Below are positions 54,228 through 64,000 of a stretch of 64,000 bases of DNA, piece after piece (position 1 is the stretch's first letter; every line of letters begins with the position of its first letter). The DNA lies in contig JALDTO010000154.1 in the NCBI GenBank assembly GCA_023515725.1, positions 124,001 through 188,000 on the forward strand, in the 5' to 3' direction. The stretch comes from Amoeboaphelidium protococcarum X5 (taxonomy: Eukaryota > Fungi > Aphelidiomycota). The notes below the pieces were generated by a model that saw nothing but the letters and a program-made list of their open reading frames with translations, was not told where the DNA came from and searched no databases. Position numbers and translations under genes: made by a program.

Positions 54228-56759
54228 TCAGTAGTATTCACCGTAGTCAGGGTAATATACACCACCGGGAGATTCATAGAAACTATCAAGTTCATGTCTT
54301 CGCCTCTGCTGCTTTCTAATCGTCTCCTAATAGAGTGGATCATTTTACAGCTCATCTACTAATCCATTGGCTAAAGACGAAATTTTGTCAATTTATCTAC
54401 CCAACTAATCTGATCTAAATTAACCACTCAGTAATTCAAAGACTCCGTTGACTGAACTTAATAATCTTCCGCACAGATTTTACCTCATTTCCAAAGGTTT
54501 AGATAAAATATACGCCTTACAACTGGAAATTACAGCTTGAAATTCTACTTCAAGCATTGTATCATTATCCCACAGCTGATCAAGTACAATTTTGAGATAG
54601 TATCGAAGTATCGGACTACTCTTTATGAAAATCTCGTCTTTAAACACGGACATGAATAAAGCAGCATCAGCCCCGAACGCCTTGATAGTGCCTTCGATAA
54701 CGTTACAAATCAATTCATCAACTGCTTCCGGTCTTTTATAATAATAAAAATTACCGCCATAAGCCTACCCCAGTACGCTCTAACTACTACACTGCAGAAG
54801 TTTATTGTACGTTGTGGCAGCGTCGCCGCATCTATAATCGATTAAATCATGGAGCTACTTAAGCACAGGATCTCTCTATGAATTATCAATACCAAGTTTG
54901 CGGCAAAGTTCCGGTCCAATTGCTTGACATACTTGAGCTATCTACGCAGTTGTGCAAATCGCATCGAGTTTCTCCCAAGCTTTATCATGCCTTATTTGAT
55001 TGCTCTGAAAGCACTTTAACAACTGTGCAATTAAACTTGGACGATCTTTAAACTGTTAAGCTACTACTGATGCCAATTCAGCTTACTATTCCGTTTGTTA
55101 TGGCTCACAAAACTTCACAGACTGAGCTAGATACTCCATACTAAAGTATTAACATTGTTCACCACCCAAGTTATTTAAAAATTACCTCACTGTATCAGCG
55201 CCTCCAAGCAGACTGCAATACTTCTGCAGGTTTTGCTCCAAGCCTTACTATGCGCTTTCGACATCACATAAGTACTCCTAATCCATACTATTTGTCCAGA
55301 TATCAGATCTGGTATTTGATAAACTGTTGTAGATGATGTACAACAGAGATAACGCGTCCTACTACTCTAAAGGACCGCACAATTCGACAGAAATTTCCAG
55401 TAGATCCCAGTAGTCGCCACTGACGATATGTTAGTTTACCATGGAGTAAACTTTCTTTTAATAATCAGTCTTCTAGCCAAACATAACATATATGAAATTG
55501 TCTTCCAGCTTGTACTTTGTCCATTTGCAGTAGCGAACTAGCTTATAAAGGAGTAAAGCAAAATCAGAGTCATCAGACTTCTCAAATGCCTCTCTCATTA
55601 ATGTCATATAAATATCATCCGGATCCAACAACTTGTTACAGTGACCTAAAATAGCGAGTATAACGGCGGCTCTTTCTCCATTTATCGGATGTCTTCTAGC
55701 GTAATCAGACAAGGACTATTTCAATTGATCATAGCAACTCTTGGCCAGATGCTTCTATATAGGAGAACGGAGACAAATACGTGGACTGCTATCATGTTCA
55801 TATATATCCGTATCAGACACATTATCAATATCCCTATACTCAGTCTCGTACCCATAGTATCCATAAATTAATAATCTAGAATAGGCAGTGTTTTCAACGC
55901 GATTATCATAATATTCACTCGGAGAACATTCATCGCTATCTAGTAAGCTCTGTACTTGCTCAAATATGGCATCATTGACATACGATTTGTACTCATACCC
56001 TAGACTAGTCAAATACTTCAAACCAGTATCAAAATATTCTTCATACTCTTCACCGACATTGGCAGAAATTTAGTTTATGAATTACTTAACGCTCTCTGGT
56101 GGCATTCTAAATTGAAAAAACTATTCCAACTTGGCACCAAGATCATTCAAAAGATATGACTCGCAATGCACACAAAATAGGTAATAATGACTGAATTTTC
56201 GCAGCACATGGTATAAATAACCATATCGGAGCACTTTCCATCTAGGATTGGCCGCAGAAGTGATATTTTGATCACAAGCCATTCGGAAATAACGGCGAAC
56301 AGCGTCAGCATAAAAATCGTCACTTATGCACAAAATATCATCGGACACATATTATTCGTAAGTCATCGGATATGTTCTTAATTCCATTCGATCGTCACCT
56401 AGATATTATTTGAGAAGACCGGCGGTGTCTTTGTATAAAGGCGACAAATCAGACGAAGAATCATCAGCTCTCAGCCAGGAGACAAGTGCATTACTTTCAC
56501 AAAGAGCAGGTGTAAACAAATACTTTAAATCTTCAGCAGACTAAAAACCAAGATATGGATGGTCCGAAATTCTAATCATTGTCAGCACAGGTCCATAGTA
56601 TGAAAAGTACAGTTACTTTATACCAGCTCTAAAATCTTTCGACTAAATTAGACTCAACATATCTTTACATGACAGACTCAGTTGAAACAAGTCCCTAGGC
56701 TGCATATAATGCAATAGAGTGGCATCTCCTAACAGAAGTAAATACTTCAGATTCTGCAT
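54228..56759 (-). CDS. F-box-like family protein, type B copy 1 (843 aa)
   Basis: MQNLKYLLLLGDATLLHYMQPRDLFQLSLSCKDM, YFSYYGPVLT, HPINGERAA. All track fragments share one frame. Confidence 0.75.
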
Positions 56760-57126
56760 AGTGTTTTTGTTGATATAACTAGAACAATAGGGAATACAGT
56801 AAAGCTGAAACAAAGGATAGCTCATTTCAAGGAAACGTTCTCTCATCTTTAAAACAATCTCAGAAACTGTTTCAGAGATTATTGGATCCTCAAACAGAAA
56901 GCTCACGACCGGTGACATCTCTGAGTTGTGTACGCGTTTTGCCACTGCATGTAAGTCGCGGTTTAATGTCTCTCTGTCCAGTCAAAGTCTGTTACACTAA
57001 AGAGCAGAAAATACAAACAACATCAACATCAATGAACTTTACTTCATTCACAATGCACAAAGTATGCGACAGCTTGTAAAAAAACAGATTATTAACACGG
57101 CACAGGGACAACATAAATGATAATCA

Positions 57127-59103
57127 TCAATCACTTAACACAAAACCAAAAAGCTTCTAGCTGGCACCATCAGTAAGCTAAATTTCGTTGTATAATAACT
57201 AGTGATAGGCGTATCCCTTTTTAAAGAACTAATCAGTGCTAAGAATCTTACAAATCAACTTCAACTGCTCTTGAGTGCCGACTTTCTCCAAGAGGCTTAT
57301 TGCTGCAGAGAAATGGTCATTATGCACTATCTTTGAAAGGAACCGCGCCACTATAGCGGGACACTCAAGGTAATGATGAGCAATAGATGCAGCCATCTCA
57401 CATCGCTATTTATAGGGAGAGTATTAACATATTTCACCGACACACTACTGCAATATGTCCATTTCGTACTCTTTAGACAGATCGGAATCCAAGTGCGTAA
57501 GGCAGTGATGCACTACAGATTTAACACCCAGCCACTGAGCTATACTTTTCAGCTCAAGGTACAACTCATCAATATAAACACTCGTATCTTATTCCAGGAT
57601 ACTACTTTGATTATCAGGTAAACTTTTCAAAACTCTATAATCAATGGAGGAAGACTTTAACACTTTAGCAAATATGCGAGACGCAGACTCTAGCTCTAGT
57701 GGACCACACAGAGAAACAATAGTTCCCATAAAGATCCATAGATTGTCTGGTTCAATATGCTTTTCGACAGTGGCCAACAACTTCTACTAATAGCCTGGCT
57801 TGTCACCAAACATATAATAAATCATTCTCCAAAGACCCTCGTACTTTTTGATATGACAAAATCGAATGAGTTTGTACAAGAGCAGACAAAACTCGTCATC
57901 ATCCGGCTTGTCATATGCTTCAGTCATTAGAATGAAGTACAAGTTACATGACTAATCTAATTACTTCCAGTGTCCAAGAAATGCCAATATTATAGCAGCT
58001 CTCTCGCCATTTAGAGGAAATTTACGGGCAAAATGATTCAATGGGCCACATAGTCGCGCTGCAGAGGATTCTGGTAAGTTTACTTTAATATACTCCGATA
58101 GCTCAACGCGTCCACTCTTATCAAAATTACCATCGTTATACAATAAATTACTTATATCTAATCTAGTTGCAACGTCGAACTCATAGTAATGATCATACAT
58201 CAAGTACTCATATGCAGATAGAAATTTGTCGCCAAAGGATAATTAAGGGTCTTCTCCATTGCAGTCTAGCAATAATCTAACAAACTTTATAATCTGTATG
58301 TCCATGATAGGCTTCACATAATACTGAAGTTCGCATAAATCCTCTAAACAAGTACTCAAATCATCCTCAATGTCATGCATCAGATGTTGCCCAGTGTAAA
58401 TAAGAAATTTAAATAGGAATCGACTCAAGTCAGCCTCTGACATTCTAGTACCAAAGAACTGTTCAAACCTTATAATTTCTCTCTGTTAAGTACACCACTA
58501 ATCCTAATGAAAATACAATGCATGGCAGTTGTGTTTAGATAGCATCTCTTTAAAATACCTGTATTCCAAGACTTTCCAACGAGGATTTTGCACAGATACC
58601 ACACCTTTCTTGATTCCACACATGAATTATAGCGAATAATTAGTCACGTATGCCTTATCCGACATGCATAATATTTCATCGTCAACAGCCTCATGATAGT
58701 AATAAGTGGACTTTACACTGCTGAGATATTCCTCTCCCAAGTGGTCAATTATGAGCTCTCCCAGCTTGCGGAACAGATTAGAACACTTGGCAAAATCATT
58801 AGATTAATAGTACTTGAATAGCCTTGCAAAAGCTTTACTTTGAGTCGCCTGAGGAGACAGAAAGTACAAAATCTCTTTGGCAACTCTAATGCCCAGGTAC
58901 GCGTGCTAAGTGATACGTACAACAGTTAAGCCGGGACCATAGTATGAAAAGTATACTCTTCGGATAAAGTATCGTGTCTTTCTGGACTGGACGAACTTCT
59001 GCACATCCCTGCAGGTGAGACTCAGTTCAAGCAAATCGACCGGGGAGAGGCACTACGCAAAGATTGTGTCGGGCAATAACGCGAGCTACAGCAAGCCATC
59101 CAT
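57127..59103 (-). CDS. F-box-like family protein, type A copy 2 (658 aa)
   Basis: Clear paralog of 51996-53966, collinear at both DNA and protein level. Confidence 0.75.
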
Positions 59104-59343
59104 CAATACTGTAGTGTAACTAATAAAAATTCAACGATTAAGCAAGCGAAAAGTTGTCCTATATAACGAGGCTTCAGACAGTATGACTTTAATGCTTCAT
59201 TCAATAATCAAATCTAAAAAGCCACGACGCGATGAGCTGAAACAGGCAATTTTAAATAAGCCGCTATTACCCCTTCGATACACAAGCATTGACGATCGTA
59301 AATTAACTATATAACGCATCATTAACACTATCTTCAATAGAGT

Positions 59344-61884
59344 TCAAAGATAATCATAGTAATCTGCTTCGGAATAGTGAGAGCCATAGGGACAGAAGTA
59401 TTCATCTTCAAGTTCGCGCCTTCGCTTCAGTTGCTTCTAGATCATCTCCTAATAAAGTGGATCATTCTTCAGCTCTAGCTCTAAAGTTCGAGCATCAGAC
59501 AAGAGTTTAACCACTTGATCAGCCATCTTTTTTGGAATGAATTTACCTCTCATTAAGTCAACTGCACCATTGAAAGAACCCACCAACATTTCCAATAATT
59601 TCGGTCGGATCTCCAAAGATTTTGATTACACATACGCTTTGCAACTCGACATCAGAGCTGTAAATTCTGCTTAGAGTAAAGCATCTTATTCATAATGCTT
59701 ATTTAGTACAATTATGCTATAGTAGCTAAGTATCGGACTGCTCTTCATGAAAATCTCGTCTTAAAACACGGACATGAATAAAGCAGCATCAGCTCCGAAC
59801 GCCTTGATAGTGCCTTCGATAACTTTGCAGATCAGTTCGTCAATCACTTCAGATCTTCTTGATTAAAAATTCCCCGCATAAGTATTCCAAATTAGATTCT
59901 GATTACTGCACTCCAGCAGCTTGTTGTATGTGGTAGACGCATTGTCGAATATGGTGTCAACCAGCTCATGAAGCCTCCTTAGAAGAGGATCCTTCTGAGA
60001 ATTATCAATACCAAGTTTGCGGCAAAGTTCTGGGCCAACTGCTTGACAGACTTAAGCCATCTACTCCTCCGTACAAATAGCTTAAACTTTCTCCCAAGCC
60101 TTATCGTGTCTAACGTTATTACTTTTAAAGCACTTCAACAATTAGGCAATTTATCTTGGATGGTCTTTAAACTGTTGTGCTACCACTGATGACAGATCTG
60201 CTTATTACTCCGTTTACTATGGCTCACAAAACTTGACTGACTGGGCTAGGTACTCCATGCTAAAGTCTTGAAGCCGTTTGTGATCCAAATTAATAAGTAA
60301 CAGCCGTAATGTATCAGCGCCTCCGAGGAGATTACAATACTTTTGCAGGTTCTGCTCCAAGTTTTGCTGAGCACCCTCGATATCGTACGAGAAATCCTAT
60401 TCCATAACGTCAGTCCAGAGAAACGATCTGGTATTGGATAAACTCTTATAAATGATTTACAACAAAGATAACGCGTCCTACTATTCTAAAGGACCGCACA
60501 GTTTGATAGTAACTTCAATTAAATCCCAGTAAGCGCCACTAATGATGTGTTACTTGACCATGGAGTAAACTTTCTTCTAATAATCAGTCTTCTAGCCAAA
60601 CATAACATATATGAAATGGTCTTCCAGCTTGTACTTTGTCCATTTGCAGTAGCGAATTAGCTTATAAAGGAGTAAAGCAAAATCAGCGTCATCAGACTTC
60701 TCTATAGCCTCTCTCATCAACGTCATATAAACATTATCCGGATCCGACAACTTGTTACAGTGACCTAAAATAGCGAGTATAACGGCGGCTCTCTCACCAT
60801 TTATTGGGTGCTTTCTAGCGTAAGAAGACAACGAGTGAGTCAACTGATCATAGCAGTTCTTTGACAAATGCTACTCTACAGGATAGCGGAGACAGAAGCG
60901 CGGACTGCTATCATGCTCCTGTATATCCGTATCAGACACATTATCAATATCCCTATACTCAGTCTCGTATCCATAGTATCCAAAAAACAGTAATCTAGAA
61001 TAGGCAGATTTGTAGACGCGATCCTTCGAATACTCTCTTAATGCACCATCATCCACTTTCAATACATTCTTGACTTTCTACAACATGGTATCACCAACAA
61101 ACGGTTCATAATCATACTTCAGGCTGGCCAAATATTTCAAACCAGTACCAAAATATTCATCATCTTCTAAACCAACACCTGAAGAGATTTGAAACAAGAA
61201 CTCCTTAATTGCGCTAGGTGGCATTCTAAACTAAAAAAACTATTCCAATTTGGCACCAAGTTCATTCACATTATATGCCTCCCAATGCCGACTAAACAGA
61301 AAGAAGTGACAGAAATTACACAGAACACGGTTGAAATTACCATAATCGAGCACTTTCCAGCGAGGTTAGGTGACGGACTTGATCTTCTTATGACAAGCAA
61401 GTCTGTAAAAGTCATCTACCGCGTTAGCATATACATCATCACAATTGCATAATATATCATCGCGCACCTCTTCTTCATATGTGGAATCCCTTGCGATTTC
61501 AAGATTCATTCTATCCCCTAGATAAGATACAAGCAGTTGGACAGTGTCTTTATACAACTTAGACGATTAAGACGAGTCGCAATCAGCATCCTCTTTCAGC
61601 CATAAAACAAGGTTCTGACTTTCGCGGAGTTCAGATGTTAACAAGTATCTTAAATCATCAGCAGATTAGAAGCCAAGATATGAATGTTCTGGAATGCGTA
61701 TCATTGTCAAAACAGGTCCATAGTATGAAAAGTACAACTACTTGATGGCAGCTCTATAAGCATTTGATTGGATCAGACTTTACAGATTTTTACATGATAA
61801 ACTCAGCTCTAACAAGTCTTGAGGCCGAATGTAATGGAGAAGAGTAGCATCTCTTAGCAATAGTAAATGCTTCAGATTTTGCAT
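59344..61884 (-). CDS. F-box-like family protein, type B copy 2 (846 aa)
   Basis: Clear paralog of 54228-56759, with near-identical blocks such as 55465-55680 vs 60585-60800. Confidence 0.75.
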
Positions 61885-62102
61885 GATTATATTGTAAAAC
61901 TGGACGGTATAAACTTTTGTACTGCTGATGAAGAGTATCAAGCACTTTGTGAGGATTGTCTGATCAGTAACGATGGTAGCTATTTATACGTCAGATCATA
62001 CCTTTCAAAACGTGCGTGGAGTACATATCTAATCCACACCATGAAGTAAAATAAACAACTCTAATAAAATACAACAATTCAATGCAAAAAACTCATATAG
62101 AA

Positions 62103-63296
62103 TCAGTTTCCATCATTATTTATAGCATCTTTGGACGCGGAAACTTTGATCGAGGTGAGAGGCAACACCGGAGATGACTTATGAAATAGCTTTGAGTTTT
62201 TACTCCCAGGGACGTCACCGTTACTGCTAGCACTATTAATATTTCCATTCTTATGCTTAGTACCACCATTGGATGCAAAGATTTTGAGATACATACCAGC
62301 AAAGACGGCGACTGCACCCAGCAACTGGCCGCTGGTGAACGAATGCTTGAATATAATACAACTGAGGAAGAGGCCAAAAAACTAGCGCGTAGTCATTACA
62401 GTGCTATATAAGAACGCGCCATACTTCTTGATGATATAGTAGATTAACAGTTGTCCTAATGTGGAAGATAGAGACAATACCAGCATGTCTGACAAAATCG
62501 CAGGATGTCTCTTTATGAACACCATCGCCTCCAAAACTCTATCGAATGAACCAAATGCCAAAGCAAATACACTGAGAAGGGCAGAGAACATATTCACGTA
62601 TAGCATCTGATTATGTGTGCTCATTTTATAATTTTTAAATAATCTCTCCTGCGTGGTAGATGTGAGTCCATCACAGAGCAGGTACACGGATATTAACAGC
62701 AGCCCAATAGGCGAGTCATTGGAAGACTTTATTGCGCTGGACGTATAGTCTCCAGATACCAAAAACATAAAACATCCAGCGGTAATAAGTAATGCCACCA
62801 AGTACTCTCTACTCGTATACTTTTTGCCATACCACAAGCGACCTACCACCAACACGGGTACAATCTTACCGCATTTACCCAATGTCTAAGTGGGAAAACT
62901 AATATATTTTAAAGCTTCATACTAGCACATTGTTGCCATAAAATTAGATATGGAAACCAGACCATAGTACGCTAAGGGAGCAACAGGAGTAATAGATTTC
63001 AAAAAGCGTTTGAAGAAGGCAGATGGCGAATGATGCTCCTTCTACAGTAGCATTGAATACTATTGCGAGACACGGCTATCCTTGACAGCGGTTGTAAACA
63101 AAATAAACACAGAAACTATAATAGACACGAGTCTATTAGCTAGTACCAGCACAGGCGTGTATTTAAACATCTCCTTTCCCTCTCCATACGCTGTGGTCAT
63201 AATCTTCTCCTAAATGACTCCATACACTAAGAAGAATAGAAGCAGTCCAGCCACCGACAGCACCAACTGAGCCTTATCACCCAATGTATTCTTCAT
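62103..63296 (-). CDS. UAA-family nucleotide-sugar/PAPS transporter, SLC35B2-like
   Basis: YGVI(Q)EKIMT, VLANR, YEALKYISFPT(Q)TLGKCGKIVPV, DGLTSTTQERLF, MTTR(Q). Confidence 0.88.
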
Positions 63297-63572
63297 ACTA
63301 AATATTGCAGCTTAAAAATCAATTAAAATGAGGGATACTAAAGCCTTTTATTAAAAGAAAGTATAAGGCCTATTTGATGGGATAGAGAGAAAGGTGCGCG
63401 GGGAATCGCAGAGACAAGCGTAACGCGTCCGCTTACTCAAAAGAGAGGGAGGAGCGACTCTGTTCATTCAACATCGATTACTCACAATTTCCTAAAGGGA
63501 AATACTGGAAAGAGCGGCGTGCAACTGACGCGGAAATCACTGTAGTAATCATAGTTTATTCTCATATATTGA

Positions 63573-64000
63573 TCAATTGGAATTCAATTACCGAAGATAG
63601 TCCTGAACCAGATTTCGAGTCTCAGTGTTAATAATATCAGCAGCCTTGTACGTCTACAAATACTAAAAACACTATTTCACCGTCTCTTCAGTAATTTTGT
63701 AGCTGAGCATTGATAACACCTGGATAATATTCTTAATTTTAGCAATCACTAAACGTTCCATAACAGTTGGCGACCTCTGTGGAATATTTGTGTACAGCAA
63801 ATCCGGGTTCTATTCCACATCTTCCAGATTAAGACTCTCCACATGTGGACAGATAAACACGTTGCCATTAACGCCGAGAACGACATCAATATCGCATTCC
63901 CCAGTATCATTATTAGTGTGCCGCAGATTCTTCAGCTAAATGAAATGCTACTTAGATCGTTCAATCAGCGCAGAAGACACCTACAACATGGTGCCATTCT
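63573..64000 (-). CDS. RRP4: Exosome subunit Rrp4, KH domain and C-terminus (partial)
   Basis: NG.ML(Q)VSSALIERSK(Q)HF...DVVLGVNGNVFI...ERLVIAKIKNII, ends TGA63573. Confidence 0.82.

Overview
Gene-dense eukaryotic DNA with a fungal-like gene set and a non-standard genetic code: TAA and TAG encode Gln and only TGA is stop. This explains why the supplied ORF track is fragmented. Re-translated by hand, the window holds about 31 CDSs, all ending in TGA. The code plus the gene set best fits an aphelid such as Amoeboaphelidium protococcarum (inference, not database-checked). Housekeeping genes are VAC8, RPL43, SHMT, a sugar porter, GlnRS, a TauD/CAS-like dioxygenase, XRCC4, a peroxisomal Nudix hydrolase, DHS, PRP16, a TKL kinase with a C1 domain, a DHHC PAT, UROD, ABCC, GCAT, ELP4, GUA1, GET4, SLC35B2 and RRP4. 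Two accessory islands sit among them. The first (28.4-38.1 kb) has a secreted protein ending in a HicA-like RNase domain, a large GPI-type surface protein, and a head-to-head pair of paralogous Cys-rich multipass membrane proteins. The second (52-62 kb) has four tandem F-box-like paralogs next to duplicated Tc1/mariner-type transposon ends. Other highlights: all six introns end in GTGTAG, a candidate pseudoknotted ncRNA at about 5.03-5.19 kb, a MITE nested in a transposon end with its empty site in the same window, and ACGCGT motifs in many promoters. Coordinates and family calls come from manual translation and motif recognition only.
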